Positions 8,708 to 19,272 of a DNA stretch of 32,000 bases are shown piece after piece. The notes beneath the pieces are model-generated. The model did no database searches and was not told the DNA's origin. It worked only from the letters and a program-made list of their open reading frames with translations. Position numbers and translations under genes: made by a program. How positions within the stretch are numbered: position 1 is the first letter of the stretch; each line of letters opens with the position of its first letter. Source of the stretch: Xylanibacter ruminicola 23 (GTDB lineage: Bacteria; Bacteroidota; Bacteroidia; Bacteroidales; Bacteroidaceae); the NCBI RefSeq assembly GCF_000025925.1, contig NC_014033.1, forward strand, positions 2,190,001 through 2,222,000, read 5' to 3'.

Positions 8708-9228
8708 TGGGCACCTCCTTCCTGGGCTATCTGCCCTTCGCTGATACGTTGTGGATAGTACTCGTTGATCATCTCGCGCTGTTCGGCATTACAGGTCTCG
8801 TAGGTACAGCCATAGTGCTTCTGCGCATACTCTTGGCGCAGAGTATGATAGGCGCCCACAATGGCATCCTGCATACTGAAATAGGCCTCATAGGTGGTCT
8901 TGGCATCGGCTTCGATCTGCACTACATGACCAGTGCGGTTCACCATGGCCAACGTACGTACCTCGGCTGCCAGTTGTTGCAGTGTCACAGGTTTGCCATC
9001 ACACGAGAGTTGGTTCTGTGCATCCAGCTTAACCTGCATCACATTGTTGCGATTGATATCCTTAGGTGTCTCGTGTTCCAATGGCGGTGGTGCCATCTGA
9101 CGCATCAATCCCTTCTCCGTGTCCATCGATGAGGTCACGAGGAAGAAAATCAACAACATAAACGATATGTCGGCTGTTGATGTGGTGTTCAGCTCCGGAA
9201 TTTGCTGACGATAGCGCTTACGAAACAT
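8704..9228 (-). CDS. exbD: ExbD/TolR biopolymer transport protein (second copy)
   Basis: 174 aa with an N-terminal TM (ADISFMLLIFFLVTS) and an ExbD fold pattern. Confidence 0.8.
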   Translation of the reverse strand: MFRKRYRQQIPELNTTSTADISFMLLIFFLVTSSMDTEKGLMRQMAPPPLEHETPKDINRNNVMQVKLDAQNQLSCDGKPVTLQQLAAEVRTLAMVNRTGHVVQIEADAKTTYEAYFSMQDAIVGAYHTLRQEYAQKHYGCTYETCNAEQREMINEYYPQRISEGQIAQEGGAQ

Positions 9229-9548
9229 CCGATAATCAATATAATAGAGGTATATATAAACATATCAGCGGCACGCAACCAGAAGCCATCGGTAAGCCAC
9301 GTGCCATTAGTAAGGATGGGCTTGGTAGAACCTAAGGCAAAGGTAACCACCATGATGAGCACAAAGCCCACAGCCACCAGCCATCCAATGCGCCCTGCAG
9401 GCACACCGTTAACCACATCGCTGCCCTTACGACGGTTGCGCAAACCATGCCATACCGAATAGGCAGTTACACCTATGGCAGCAGCTAATATTATATACAT
9501 CAGCCACAGCATCACATCGGCAATAGCAGGCGAAATAAAACTATTCAT
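9189..9548 (-). CDS. Small integral membrane protein in the ExbBD operon
   Basis: About 119 aa with three predicted TM helices. The ATG at 9548 is preferred over the GTG at 9551. It lies between exbB and exbD. Confidence 0.6.
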   Translation of the reverse strand: MNSFISPAIADVMLWLMYIILAAAIGVTAYSVWHGLRNRRKGSDVVNGVPAGRIGWLVAVGFVLIMVVTFALGSTKPILTNGTWLTDGFWLRAADMFIYTSIILIIGCFVSAIVSKFRS

Positions 9549-9568
9549 CACTATTCACTCTTCACTAT

Positions 9569-10411
9569 TCACTCTTCACTCTTTGTCTTCCACTCAGCAA
9601 TCAGGTCGAGCAGTGTAATGGCAGCTTCTTCCATCTGTGCGGTCAAACGTTCAATCTTTGAGAGGATGTAGCTGTAGAACAGCTGCAATACCAACGCTAC
9701 TATAATACCAAAGATAGTGGTAATGAGCGCCACCTTCATACCCTGAGCCACGATGGTTGGACCGATATCGCCTACTTGCTGAATCTGGTCGAAGGCCATC
9801 ACCATACCAATCACAGTGCCCAGGAATCCGAGCGATGGTGCCATGGCAATGAAGAGCTTAATCCACGAGCAACCTTTCTCAAGATTAGCAGTTTGCAGAC
9901 CACCAAAGTTGGTGATGCTACGCTCGATGGCATCCATGGGCTGTTTGATATGCAGCAATCCCTGATAGCACACTGAGGCTACAGGACCACGGGTGTTACG
10001 ACAGAGTGTTTTGGCACCCTCTACATCATTGGCCTTCAGGCGCTGTTCGATATCTGCCATCAGCTGATGACTCTTAATCTCGCTCAGTGTCAGATAGATA
10101 ATACGCTCAATGCAGAATGCCAGACCCAGCACTAAGGCCAGGGCCACCAGCGACATGAAGGCTACGTTGCCATCAACAAACTTGGTCTTCAGCTGTTTGT
10201 GCAGACCACCACCCTCTTCAGCCTCATCGCCTGTAAGAGCTTCCAACTCACCATCCATCACGGTCATGGAGTCGGTAGCAGCCACAGAATCGGCAGGCAC
10301 CACAGCAGCAGCGCTCTTAACACTATCAGCTGCAACTGCGGACTGAGCGAAACAGGTTTGCGAAAAACTAAGCAGACCTATCAGTGTAAATAGAAAAACC
10401 AATCGTTTCAT
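9569..10411 (-). CDS. exbB: MotA/TolQ/ExbB proton-channel family protein
   Basis: 280 aa with a signal-like N-terminus and the conserved C-terminal TM core (APSLGFLGTVIGMVMAF...ALITTIFGIIVAL). Confidence 0.85.
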   Translation of the reverse strand: MKRLVFLFTLIGLLSFSQTCFAQSAVAADSVKSAAAVVPADSVAATDSMTVMDGELEALTGDEAEEGGGLHKQLKTKFVDGNVAFMSLVALALVLGLAFCIERIIYLTLSEIKSHQLMADIEQRLKANDVEGAKTLCRNTRGPVASVCYQGLLHIKQPMDAIERSITNFGGLQTANLEKGCSWIKLFIAMAPSLGFLGTVIGMVMAFDQIQQVGDIGPTIVAQGMKVALITTIFGIIVALVLQLFYSYILSKIERLTAQMEEAAITLLDLIAEWKTKSEE

Positions 10412-10428
10412 ATATATTTCTTAATCCG

Positions 10429-10516
10429 CGGAGAGAACAGGATTCGAACCTGCGAGCCGGTTTTGCCGGCTACACGCTTTCCAGGCGTGCCTCTTCAACC
10501 ACTCGAGCACCTCTCC
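10429..10516 (-). tRNA. tRNA-Ser (anticodon GGA)
   Basis: The minus strand reads GGAGAGGTGCTCGAGTGG...CACGC-CTGGAAA-GCGTG, then a long variable arm (GCCGGCAAAACCGGC), then GCAGGTTCGAATCCTGT-TCTCTCC-G. The cloverleaf was folded by hand. No CCA is encoded. Confidence 0.9.
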
Positions 10517-10521
10517 TTATT

Positions 10522-11301
10522 TCAAACATTTATATTTAATACTCTTCTACAATTCTCATTTGTTGCTGTCTCAACCTCTTCCTCGCTTACCTGATAGGCC
10601 TCGGCCAACTTCTTCAGCACGTAGGCCACAAAGGCGGGCTCGTTCCTCTCGCCACGCTTAGGCACAGGGGCCATATAAGGGGCGTCGGTCTCGAGTACCA
10701 ATCGATTCAAAGGCACCACAGCAGGCAGCACCTCAGGCAGATGCGACTTCTTGAAGGTTGACACGCCACCAATGCCCAGCACAAACCTGTCGAACTGCAA
10801 CAGTTCCTTGGCCTCGAGTTCATTACCCGTAAAGCAGTGGAACACGCCACCTGGCAACTGGTCCTTATAGCGTTTCAAGATGGCTACCATCTCGTTCTGG
10901 GCCTTGCGACAGTGAATCATCAGCGGCAACTGCAACTCAACCGACCATTTTACCTGCTCCTCGAAAGCTAACAGCTGCTCCTGCTCAAACTCACGACTCC
11001 AGTAAAAGTCCAGGCCCACCTCGCCAACAGCAATGGGTTTTACACCATCCTGCTGGAAGTAGGTTTTTATCTGATCCAGCACCTCCTGCCAGTCGGCCTT
11101 CACATCCTCGGGATGCAAGCCCAGCATGGGATAGCAGTAGTTGGGATAGCGCTTGCAAACGCTGATAACAGTATCGAGCGACTGCAGATTGATGCCTGGC
11201 ACACCGATGGCTTGCACGCCAGCCTCGCGAGCACGTGCAATAACTTCGTCGATATCCTCAACGAACTCTTCACCATCAATATGACAATGCGTATCTATCA
11301 T
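10522..11301 (-). CDS. tatD: TatD-family metal-dependent hydrolase
   Basis: 259 aa starting MIDTHCHID, with HPED, MIHCR, FHCFTG and LETDAPY motifs. Its start shares one nt with the upstream stop (TAATG). Confidence 0.85.
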   Translation of the reverse strand: MIDTHCHIDGEEFVEDIDEVIARAREAGVQAIGVPGINLQSLDTVISVCKRYPNYCYPMLGLHPEDVKADWQEVLDQIKTYFQQDGVKPIAVGEVGLDFYWSREFEQEQLLAFEEQVKWSVELQLPLMIHCRKAQNEMVAILKRYKDQLPGGVFHCFTGNELEAKELLQFDRFVLGIGGVSTFKKSHLPEVLPAVVPLNRLVLETDAPYMAPVPKRGERNEPAFVAYVLKKLAEAYQVSEEEVETATNENCRRVLNINV

Positions 11302-12275
11302 TAGCTCTGACGTTTCATCATTTCGGCAGCGTAAGCCTTGATCTCAGCCTTGCGCTCTTCGCTAGCGCTCACCTTTGTCAGGTAAACCAGACTCTCCTGG
11401 TAGTACTGCTCAATCTTCTGCTCACACAGCTTACGGATACCAATCTCGTTGTACAGGTTGGTTACTGCAGCCACCTTTTCGTTGCGGTCGAACTCCTTGG
11501 CCTCAACCCACTTGGTGAGCTCTTCACGCTGGGCAGGAGTAGCGCGGTTAAAGGCATTGATGAGCATATAGGTCTTCTTGTTCGAAGTGATGTCGCCACC
11601 AATATTCTTGCCAAACACAGCGGGATCGCCATACACATCCAGCAAATCGTCCTGCAACTGGAAGGCCAGACCTAACTTCTCGCCGAACTTATACATATTC
11701 TCGATATCCTCGGCTGGGGCATCAGCCATAATAGCACCCACCTTACAAGCACAGGCCAGCAGCACGCTGGTCTTCAGACGGATCATCTCAATATACTCAT
11801 CCTCGGTAACATCGTTACGCTGTTCGAACTCTACATCCAACTGCTGTCCCTCACCAATCTCGAGTGTGGTCTGGATAAACACCTTGAATACAGCAGGTAG
11901 CTTAGCAGGATCGCAATCCTCTACACGCTCAAAAGCCTGAAGCAACATGGTATCGCCCGACAAGATAGCACGGTTGGCATCCCACTTCTTGTGTACAGTC
12001 TCATGTCCACGACGCATATCAGCGTGGTCCATCAGGTCGTCGTGCAGCAGAGTAAAGTTGTGGTAGGTCTCCAGTCCGAGGGCCTGAGACATAATGCTCA
12101 GTGGATCGTCTTTATAGAGATTGTACGCCAGCATGGTGAGTACTGGACGTACACGTTTTCCGCCGATAGACAGTACGTACTTAATGGGGTCGTACAACGA
12201 GGCAGGCTGGCGATCGTAAACCAGATTATCGAGGGCCTCATTCACTTTCTTCAGTAGATCTTCTGATTTATACAT
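11301..12275 (-). CDS. Polyprenyl diphosphate synthase (trans-IPPS family)
   Basis: 324 aa with both Asp-rich motifs (LLHDDLMDHAD and FQLQDDLLD). Confidence 0.85.
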   Translation of the reverse strand: MYKSEDLLKKVNEALDNLVYDRQPASLYDPIKYVLSIGGKRVRPVLTMLAYNLYKDDPLSIMSQALGLETYHNFTLLHDDLMDHADMRRGHETVHKKWDANRAILSGDTMLLQAFERVEDCDPAKLPAVFKVFIQTTLEIGEGQQLDVEFEQRNDVTEDEYIEMIRLKTSVLLACACKVGAIMADAPAEDIENMYKFGEKLGLAFQLQDDLLDVYGDPAVFGKNIGGDITSNKKTYMLINAFNRATPAQREELTKWVEAKEFDRNEKVAAVTNLYNEIGIRKLCEQKIEQYYQESLVYLTKVSASEERKAEIKAYAAEMMKRQS

Positions 12276-12280
12276 ATCTT

Positions 12281-12976
12281 TTATAAATTAAATACAATAG
12301 GAATACACACCATCGTGCGACAGGGCTTGGCATTCATCATACCGGCCTTCCACTGTGGCATGGTCTTGAGCACACGCATCACTTCAGCATCGCAGGCAGG
12401 CTCCAGGGGCTGTACCACCTGCAGGTCGCTCAACGAGCCATCCTTGTTAACAACAAACTGTGCCACCACTCTGCCCTTGATTTTTTTCTGTTGGGCCGAG
12501 GGGGGATATTTCAGGTTCTGCGTGAGCCACTTCATAAACTCGACGGCACCACCAGGGAACTGCGGCAGGTCTTCAACCACGCGGAAGTCGATGGGTTCGT
12601 CGTACATATCCACTACCTGAGGCTTCTCTTCGGCAGCCTTCTCGGTGGGTTCTTCTTGTTCGGTCTCTTCCTGCAGGATGGGTTCGGGGGGTAGCTCCAC
12701 ATCATTATCCACCAAGTGTAGCTGCTCGCTCTCTTGTTTTTCAACTTTCTTTTCCTGAGGCATCATCATCGGCACTTCGTCCTTATCGCGCTTCAGGGGC
12801 GAGAGTTCCACCTCGGCTTCCAGACTGTCGTCGTCATCAAAAAGCGCCCAGCCAGTATCGCCACTGTTCCACTCGAGTAGCACAAACAGCGTGGCCAGCA
12901 CCACAATCAGTCCCAGCAGGAACCCCTGTGTGCGTTTCTGTTCCAAATCCGCTTCGCTACTCTTCTTGATTTCCAT
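12281..12976 (-). CDS. tonB: Energy transducer TonB
   Basis: 231 aa with an N-terminal TM, an acidic/Pro-rich linker and a C-terminal TonB domain (PQFPGGAVEFMKWL...GRVVAQFVVNKDGS). Confidence 0.8.
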   Translation of the reverse strand: MEIKKSSEADLEQKRTQGFLLGLIVVLATLFVLLEWNSGDTGWALFDDDDSLEAEVELSPLKRDKDEVPMMMPQEKKVEKQESEQLHLVDNDVELPPEPILQEETEQEEPTEKAAEEKPQVVDMYDEPIDFRVVEDLPQFPGGAVEFMKWLTQNLKYPPSAQQKKIKGRVVAQFVVNKDGSLSDLQVVQPLEPACDAEVMRVLKTMPQWKAGMMNAKPCRTMVCIPIVFNL

Positions 12977-12999
12977 CTACAGTTTCATTAAACCGAGTG

Positions 13000-13007
13000 C
13001 AAAGATA
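13000..13007 (-). promoter_or_regulatory. -7 promoter box for tonB (TATCTTTG on minus strand)
   Basis: Exact TAnnTTTG, 24 nt upstream of the tonB ATG. Confidence 0.55.
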
Positions 13008-13050
13008 GTATTTTTTTCTGTATAAATAGATATATATTAAGTTTTTTTGC

Positions 13051-13058
13051 TAACTTTG
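13051..13058 (+). promoter_or_regulatory. -7 promoter box (TAACTTTG)
   Basis: TAnnTTTG match 18 nt upstream of the ATG at 13076, divergent from the tonB promoter. Confidence 0.55.
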
Positions 13059-13075
13059 CGACCAAATTAGGAGAA

Positions 13076-14026
13076 ATGAACATCAGAAACGTCGTTATCA
13101 CCATCCTACTCACGTTTTGTACCTGTACCACTATGGCACAGGAAAGCAAAACCGTGTACAATTTCCTGCGACTGCCCGTGAGTGCGCATGCTGCAGCATT
13201 GGGTGGAGAGAACATCACACTGACCGACGACGACGCCACACAACTGTTCCACAACCCTGCCCTTATCAGTGGGGTTACCGACAAGACACTGAACCTGAAT
13301 TACATGACGTATATGGAGGGGGCCAAAACGGTGAGTGCCTCGTTTGTACGTCTGACAGGCGAACGTGCCTCGTGGGGTGTATCGGCACAACTGATGGACT
13401 ATGGCCGCATAAAGCAGACCTCGTTTGCCAACGAGGACCTAGGCGACTTCTCGGCCCGCGATATTGCCATTGGTGGCACGTTTGCCTACGAGCTGACCGA
13501 GCGTATCAGTGGTGGTATCACCGCCAAGTTCATTACCTCAACCATTGCTGGCTACAACTCCTTAGGCGTGGGCGTGGATTTAGGTTTGAACTATCTCGAC
13601 GTGGAGCGTGGCTGGAGTGTTTCGACTGTGGCACGTAACTTAGGTGGACAAATCAAAGCATATGACGATGAGTTTGAACGCATTCCCTTTGACTTGCAAG
13701 TGGGAGCCAGCAAGCGTCTGCTTAACTCGCCCCTGCGTTTCCACGCCACTATGAGCCGACTTACCGACTGGAGCGAGGGCATCGGGCGCCATTTAGCCAT
13801 CGGTGCCGATGTACTGCTTGGCGAGAATATCTACGTGGCAACCGGCTATAACTTCCGCAAAGCCAGCGAGATGAAGATTACCGACAGCGAAGGATCGTCG
13901 GCCCACGGCGCAGGACTCACCTTAGGTGCAGGACTCTCGCTGCAACGCTTCAAGCTCCACTTAGGCTGGGGCAAATATCATGTCAGCACATCATCGCTAA
14001 TTATTAATATATCATACACATTATGA
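13076..14026 (+). CDS. porQ: PorQ-like type IX secretion outer-membrane beta-barrel protein
   Basis: 316 aa with a signal peptide. The N-terminal block [20 protein letters not shown]...NPALISG matches my recollection of the PorQ family. It is adjacent to cmk and overlaps it by 4 nt. Confidence 0.6.
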   Translation: MNIRNVVITILLTFCTCTTMAQESKTVYNFLRLPVSAHAAALGGENITLTDDDATQLFHNPALISGVTDKTLNLNYMTYMEGAKTVSASFVRLTGERASWGVSAQLMDYGRIKQTSFANEDLGDFSARDIAIGGTFAYELTERISGGITAKFITSTIAGYNSLGVGVDLGLNYLDVERGWSVSTVARNLGGQIKAYDDEFERIPFDLQVGASKRLLNSPLRFHATMSRLTDWSEGIGRHLAIGADVLLGENIYVATGYNFRKASEMKITDSEGSSAHGAGLTLGAGLSLQRFKLHLGWGKYHVSTSSLIINISYTL

Positions 14027-14712
14027 AGAAGATAACAATTGCAATCGATGGCCACAGCTCGTGCGGTAAAAGCACAATGGCCAAGGACCTGGCCCGCGAA
14101 GTGGGCTATGTATATGTAGATACAGGCGCCATGTATCGCAGCGTAACACTCTACGCCCTGCGCCACAATCTGTTTAATGCCGATGGCAGCGTAAAGACAG
14201 CCGAACTGGAGCAGCAGATGCCACAGATACAGATTTCGTTCAAGTTCAATGCCGAGACCGGCCGCCCCGACACCTATCTTAATGGAGAGTGTGTTGAGAA
14301 GGAAATCCGCAGCTTGGAGGTGAGCAATCATGTAAGTCCCATTGCAGCAGTAGGTTTTGTACGTACCGCCATGGTTGCCCAACAGCAACAGATGGGTAAG
14401 GACAAGGGTGTGGTAATGGACGGTCGTGATATCGGTACCACCGTGTTCCCCGATGCCGAACTGAAGATTTTTGTAACTGCATCGGCCGAGGTACGTGCCC
14501 AGCGCCGTTTTGACGAGCTGAAAGCCAAGGGCATGCCTGCCGATTTCGATGATATCCTGAAGAACGTACAGGAGCGCGATTATATCGATTCGCACCGCGA
14601 GGTAAGTCCACTGCGCAAGGCCGATGATGCCATCGAATTGGACAACAGTTACATGACCATTCCAGAACAGAAACAGTGGTTAATGGACCGTTTTAAGGAG
14701 AAAATAGAGTAA
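14023..14712 (+). CDS. cmk: Cytidylate kinase
   Basis: 229 aa with a P-loop ([13 protein letters not shown]) and the motifs DTGAMYR and VMDGRDIGT. Confidence 0.9.
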   Translation: MKKITIAIDGHSSCGKSTMAKDLAREVGYVYVDTGAMYRSVTLYALRHNLFNADGSVKTAELEQQMPQIQISFKFNAETGRPDTYLNGECVEKEIRSLEVSNHVSPIAAVGFVRTAMVAQQQQMGKDKGVVMDGRDIGTTVFPDAELKIFVTASAEVRAQRRFDELKAKGMPADFDDILKNVQERDYIDSHREVSPLRKADDAIELDNSYMTIPEQKQWLMDRFKEKIE

Positions 14713-14771
14713 TAATTGTTCTTTTTCTGCATTTTTCTCGTCATTTTTTCGCTTCTTTTGATTTTTTTGGC

Positions 14772-14779
14772 TACCTTTG
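14772..14779 (+). promoter_or_regulatory. -7 promoter box (TACCTTTG)
   Basis: TAnnTTTG match about 29 nt upstream of the ATG at 14808. Confidence 0.5.
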
Positions 14780-14807
14780 CAGCCAAATTTCATTAAGATC
14801 TAAAAAA

Positions 14808-16196
14808 ATGACGAGAAAATTAATTGTTTCAGGCCTGCTGGCAATAGCCTCGACAGCCACTGTCCACGCAGGTGGACTGATGACCAACACGAATTATCAC
14901 ATAGCATTCGACCGTATGTTTGCGCGCGGTGCAACGACCGAAATCGACGCAGCCTACAGTAACCCCGCCGGACTGGCTTGGGGTCACGAGGGATTCCAGT
15001 TTTCATTGAACTTCCAGAAGCCATGGCAGAATCGTGACATCGAGACAACTGTACCAGGTTTCTTAGGCACAGGTTTCCAGCAGAAGTATAATGGTAAGGC
15101 TTCGGCTCCCATCGTACCTGCCCTTTTTGCTTCTTACAAGAAGGATCGTGTGGCCTTATCAGCCATGATCGGTATTGTAGGCAGCGGCGGTTTCGTAAAG
15201 TACGAAGAAGGCATCCCCATGTTCGAGGTACCCCTCAAGGCCATGCTGGCACAGGCTGGCATGATGCCCAACAGCTACCGCTTCGACTCAGAGATGAAGG
15301 GTAAGCAGTACATCTATGGCGGTCAGGTGAACCTGACCTACAAGGTGAACGACAATTTCTCGGCTGCCATTGGTATGCGTGCCAACTACTACGATGGTTA
15401 CAACCGTGGCCATGTAGTAGCCGACATCCCCAACTATACCTCTTCGACAGCACCTGCAGCCAACATCGACCTGATTAACCTACAGCTCGACTGCATTCAG
15501 CGTGGTTGGGGCTTTGCACCTATCGTAAGCTTCGACTACCATGACGGTCCACTCACCATCGCTGCACGATACGAGTTCCGCACAAAAATCAAGACTGAGA
15601 ATGATACCAAAACACTTTCGGCTCGTATCAAGAACACTGATCCTACCACTGCGAGTGTAATGCCTTACATCGAGGGCGACCTGGCATTGGCACAGTTCGG
15701 CGACAAGGTGGCTGCCTATAAGGATGGCGCCGAGACACGTTACGACATGCCTTCGCTGTTTGTAGCAGCCGTAGGCTACGAGTTCTCAGAGAAGCTGCGC
15801 GGTACACTGGAGTACCATTTCTTCGACGATAAGCACGCCAAGATGGCTGGCGACCGTCAGAAGGAACTGACACATGGCACCCACGAGATTCTGGCTGGTG
15901 TAGAGTACGACATCAACAAGAAATTCACTGTTAGCTGCGGTGGACAACGCACCGACTATGGTTTGGCCGACGGATATCAGCAGAACACATCGTTTGCTTG
16001 CGACAGCTACAGCGTAGGTTGCGGTGGTGCCTGGAACATCAACGATAAGATGCGCCTGAACGTGAGCTACTTCTGCTCGCTCTACAGCGACTTCAACAAG
16101 AATCAGCAGCAGTATCAGGGCCTGCCCTACGCAGGCACCGACGTTTACAGCCGCACCAACCACGTGATTGGTGTTGGATTAGACTATAAATTCTAA
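14808..16196 (+). CDS. Outer-membrane transport beta-barrel protein (FadL/OMPP1-like)
   Basis: 462 aa with a signal peptide ending in VHA. It has a beta-barrel alternation pattern and a terminal GLDYKF. Confidence 0.6.
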   Translation: MTRKLIVSGLLAIASTATVHAGGLMTNTNYHIAFDRMFARGATTEIDAAYSNPAGLAWGHEGFQFSLNFQKPWQNRDIETTVPGFLGTGFQQKYNGKASAPIVPALFASYKKDRVALSAMIGIVGSGGFVKYEEGIPMFEVPLKAMLAQAGMMPNSYRFDSEMKGKQYIYGGQVNLTYKVNDNFSAAIGMRANYYDGYNRGHVVADIPNYTSSTAPAANIDLINLQLDCIQRGWGFAPIVSFDYHDGPLTIAARYEFRTKIKTENDTKTLSARIKNTDPTTASVMPYIEGDLALAQFGDKVAAYKDGAETRYDMPSLFVAAVGYEFSEKLRGTLEYHFFDDKHAKMAGDRQKELTHGTHEILAGVEYDINKKFTVSCGGQRTDYGLADGYQQNTSFACDSYSVGCGGAWNINDKMRLNVSYFCSLYSDFNKNQQQYQGLPYAGTDVYSRTNHVIGVGLDYKF

Positions 16197-16205
16197 ATAT
16201 CAAAT

Positions 16206-16628
16206 TCAATCTCTAATTTCACCGAGCGGGATCATCACAAAATCGCGCTCAAGCATCAGAGGGTGGGGAATCTGCAAGTCGGGTTCATCCACCCTCAGAT
16301 CGTCATATAGCAGAATGTCTATATCCATCAGGCGGTCGGCATAATGACCTCCTACCGACTTGTGTGTACGCCCTAACTCGCGTTCAATCTTCTGGGTGGC
16401 AAGCAGCACCTGGCGGGGCGTTAGTGTGGTTTCGCATAGCACGCAGGCATTTACGAACTGGTTATCCGACTCGAACCCCCAGGGCTCGGTCGAAATAAGA
16501 GAGGACTGGCGCACAACCAGTCCTACTCTTTCGCTGATAAGCGATATAGCGTTGCGGATATTCGCTTCCTTATCGCCAAGATTACTTCCCAGCCCAAGGA
16601 ATACCCGATGTAACTTTTCACTATTCAC
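16206..16628 (-). CDS. folK: 2-amino-4-hydroxy-6-hydroxymethyldihydropteridine diphosphokinase
   Basis: 140 aa with GLGSNLGD, RTLDLDILLY-like (RLMDIDILLY) and IPHP motifs. It uses a GTG start at 16628. Confidence 0.85.
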   Translation of the reverse strand: MNSEKLHRVFLGLGSNLGDKEANIRNAISLISERVGLVVRQSSLISTEPWGFESDNQFVNACVLCETTLTPRQVLLATQKIERELGRTHKSVGGHYADRLMDIDILLYDDLRVDEPDLQIPHPLMLERDFVMIPLGEIRD

Positions 16629-16645
16629 TTTTCACTATTCACTCA

Positions 16646-17710
16646 TTAATCGTCCAACATCAACAGGGCATCGCCGTAGCAACCAAACTTATAACCCTCC
16701 TTCAGCGCACGCTGATAGCCCTCGTACAGCAGGTCGTAGCCTGCAAACGAAGCCTCGGTCATCATCATGGGTGATTCAGGGTGATAGAAATTACCAATCA
16801 GTGCATTACACAGTCCGAACTCGTATGGAGGGAAGATAAACTTGTTGGTCCATCCCTCAAACTCCTTCAGCATACCATCGGTACCTACGGCACTCTCGGT
16901 AGCACGGGCGGTGCTCACACCTACGCAGCACACACGGTGTCCTTCCTCCTTGGCCTTGTTTACAATCTCACAAGCCTCGGCAGGAATAAACATCTGCTCG
17001 CTCGACATCTTGTGCTTGGTCAGGTCCTCAACCTCGATAGCATCGAAGTTACCCAGACCGCAGTGCAGGGTGATAAAGGCAAAGTTGATACCCTTAATCT
17101 CCATACGCTTCATCAGCTCACGACTAAAGTGCAAGCCAGTGGCAGGTGCAGTAACAGCACCCTCGTTCTTAGCGTAGATGGTCTGGAAATTAGTCATATC
17201 CTCCTCGGTAGCAGGACGACGGTCGATAATGTAGCGTGGCAGTGGAGCCTCGCCCAAACCGAACAGCATCTGCTTGAATTCATCGTGTGGACAGTCGTAG
17301 AGGAAACGCAGCGTACGGCCACGGCTGGTGGTGTTATCAATCACCTCAGCCACCATAGGACCATCTTCCTCGAAAAAGAGTTTGTTGCCGATACGAATCT
17401 TACGGGCTGGCTCTACAAGCACATCCCACAAGCGCTGGTCGGCATTAAGCTCGCGCAGCAAGAACACCTCAATCTTGGCATCGGTCTTCTCCTTGGTACC
17501 GTACAAACGGGCAGGGAACACCTTAGTGTCGTTGAAGATGAATGCATCGTCCTCGTCAAAGTAGTCGAGGATGTTACGGAAGTCGAGACCACTCTCGATT
17601 CGCTTACTCTTACGATGCAACACCATCAGCTTGCACTCGTCGCGATGGAAAGGTGGCTCAAGTGCAATCTGCTCTTCAGGTAACTTAAACTTAAACTGTG
17701 ATAACTTCAT
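16646..17710 (-). CDS. queA: S-adenosylmethionine:tRNA ribosyltransferase-isomerase
   Basis: 354 aa starting MKLSQFKFKLPEEQIALEP, with LHCGLGNF and the C-terminal YKFGCYGDALL. Confidence 0.9.
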   Translation of the reverse strand: MKLSQFKFKLPEEQIALEPPFHRDECKLMVLHRKSKRIESGLDFRNILDYFDEDDAFIFNDTKVFPARLYGTKEKTDAKIEVFLLRELNADQRLWDVLVEPARKIRIGNKLFFEEDGPMVAEVIDNTTSRGRTLRFLYDCPHDEFKQMLFGLGEAPLPRYIIDRRPATEEDMTNFQTIYAKNEGAVTAPATGLHFSRELMKRMEIKGINFAFITLHCGLGNFDAIEVEDLTKHKMSSEQMFIPAEACEIVNKAKEEGHRVCCVGVSTARATESAVGTDGMLKEFEGWTNKFIFPPYEFGLCNALIGNFYHPESPMMMTEASFAGYDLLYEGYQRALKEGYKFGCYGDALLMLDD

Positions 17711-17727
17711 ATTTTAATGTTTAATCT

Positions 17728-18432
17728 TTAATCATTAATGTTTAATTTCTCTTCAAGCCAGGCTGGGAACTCATCGAATGTGAGACAATCCTCCAGTCTG
17801 ACGTCGCCCACGCGAGTGCGGCACAGGGCAGTAAGATGTGCGCCGCTGCCAAGGGCCTCGCCAATGTCGCGAGCCAGCGAGCGGATGTAGGTACCCTTAC
17901 CGCATCCCACACGTATCTGCAGCTGCATCTTTTCGGGATCGAAATCAATGATTTCTATCTCATCGATATGCACTGGCTTCTCGGCCAACTGGTGGTCGCT
18001 ACCCTTGCGTGCCAGTTCGTAGGCACGGTCGCCACCTACCTTACAGGCCGAAAACAGCGGTGGTCGCTGCATAATATCGCCCACAAACCTGGGCAGTGTC
18101 TGCTCAATCAGCTCACGGGTGATATGCGCTGTGGGGTAAGTTGCGTCCACCTCATGCTCCAAGTCGTAACTGGGAGTGGTGGCACCCAACTGCAGGGTAG
18201 CCGTATACTCCTTTGAGTGCAGCTGCAAAGCCTCAATCTGCTTGGTGGCCTTACCGGTGCACAGCACCAGCACACCTGTTGCCAAGGGGTCTAAGGTGCC
18301 GGCATGCCCCATTTTCACACGTTTCACATGCAGTCGTTTGCTCAGCACATAACGGATATGCGCCAGCGCCCCGAAACTGCTCATACGATAGGGCTTGTTG
18401 ATATAGATATATGCGCCTTCCTGAAAGTTCAT
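17728..18432 (-). CDS. truB: tRNA pseudouridine(55) synthase
   Basis: The start is taken at the ATG at 18432 ([14 protein letters not shown]), which overlaps the uppP stop as ATGA. The catalytic motif [12 protein letters not shown] is present. The track start at 18477 lies inside uppP. Confidence 0.85.
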   Translation of the reverse strand: MNFQEGAYIYINKPYRMSSFGALAHIRYVLSKRLHVKRVKMGHAGTLDPLATGVLVLCTGKATKQIEALQLHSKEYTATLQLGATTPSYDLEHEVDATYPTAHITRELIEQTLPRFVGDIMQRPPLFSACKVGGDRAYELARKGSDHQLAEKPVHIDEIEIIDFDPEKMQLQIRVGCGKGTYIRSLARDIGEALGSGAHLTALCRTRVGDVRLEDCLTFDEFPAWLEEKLNIND

Positions 18433-19232
18433 CGGGTGAGCTGATAAATGAGCACTGTTACACCGATGATGGCGCAATAAATTCCAAAGTAAACCAGCTT
18501 ACCCTTCTTAACCAGGTTAATCATCAGCTTGCAGGCAAAGCAACCCGACAGGAATGCAGCCACAAAACCAACAATCATGGGGAACAAGCCGATGCTATCG
18601 CTTACTACCTCGTCGCCCTTCATGGCCTTCAGCACATCCAGCAGGGCCTCGCCCAGGATGGGAGGAATCACCATCAGGAATGAGAACTGAGCCAGCTTCT
18701 CCTTCTTATCGCCCAGCATCAAACCGGTAGCGATGGTAGAACCCGAGCGCGACAGTCCTGGCAGTACGGCACAAGCCTGAGCCACACCGATGACAAAAGC
18801 ATCCCACATAGAGATATGCTCCTTTACACGGGGCTTGGCATAGTACGAGAAGATAAGCAGTACCGAGGTAACGCACAGCATCACACCTACAATCAGCAAG
18901 CCTGCGCCAAATGCCTCTTCTACCTTATCCTTAAAAAATACGCCTATGATGCCTACGGGAATCATCGACACCACAATGTTCAGGGCATATTTTGTTTCGT
19001 CGTTCATCTTAAACTTAAACAGTCCCTTCAGTATCCAGTCGATCTCCTTCCACAGGATAACCAGCGTACTCAGCACGGTAGCCACGTGTACAGCAACAGT
19101 AAACTGCAGGTTGTCGGCACCATCGATACCGAAAAAGTTTGAGAGAATAGTCAGGTGTCCACTCGAACTAACAGGCAGATACTCTGTGAGTCCCTGCACC
19201 AAACCAAGAATCAAAGCTTGAATCCAATCCAT
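18429..19232 (-). CDS. uppP: Undecaprenyl-diphosphate phosphatase
   Basis: 267 aa starting [12 protein letters not shown], with [10 protein letters not shown]. It is a polytopic membrane protein. Confidence 0.9.
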   Translation of the reverse strand: MDWIQALILGLVQGLTEYLPVSSSGHLTILSNFFGIDGADNLQFTVAVHVATVLSTLVILWKEIDWILKGLFKFKMNDETKYALNIVVSMIPVGIIGVFFKDKVEEAFGAGLLIVGVMLCVTSVLLIFSYYAKPRVKEHISMWDAFVIGVAQACAVLPGLSRSGSTIATGLMLGDKKEKLAQFSFLMVIPPILGEALLDVLKAMKGDEVVSDSIGLFPMIVGFVAAFLSGCFACKLMINLVKKGKLVYFGIYCAIIGVTVLIYQLTR

Positions 19233-19272
19233 ATTTCAATTTTTACATTTTCTAATTATTACATTTACCCTA

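Noticed and set aside
16781-17683. 300-aa plus-strand ORF, plus similar long antisense ORFs (1277-2089, 3485-4069, 13978-14595, 19346-20095, 8707-9132, 11578-11940)
   Set aside because: Each lies fully inside and antisense to a gene with clear family motifs (queA, PAP2, preA-like, cmk, ftsX, exbD, polyprenyl synthase). These are typical shadow ORFs.
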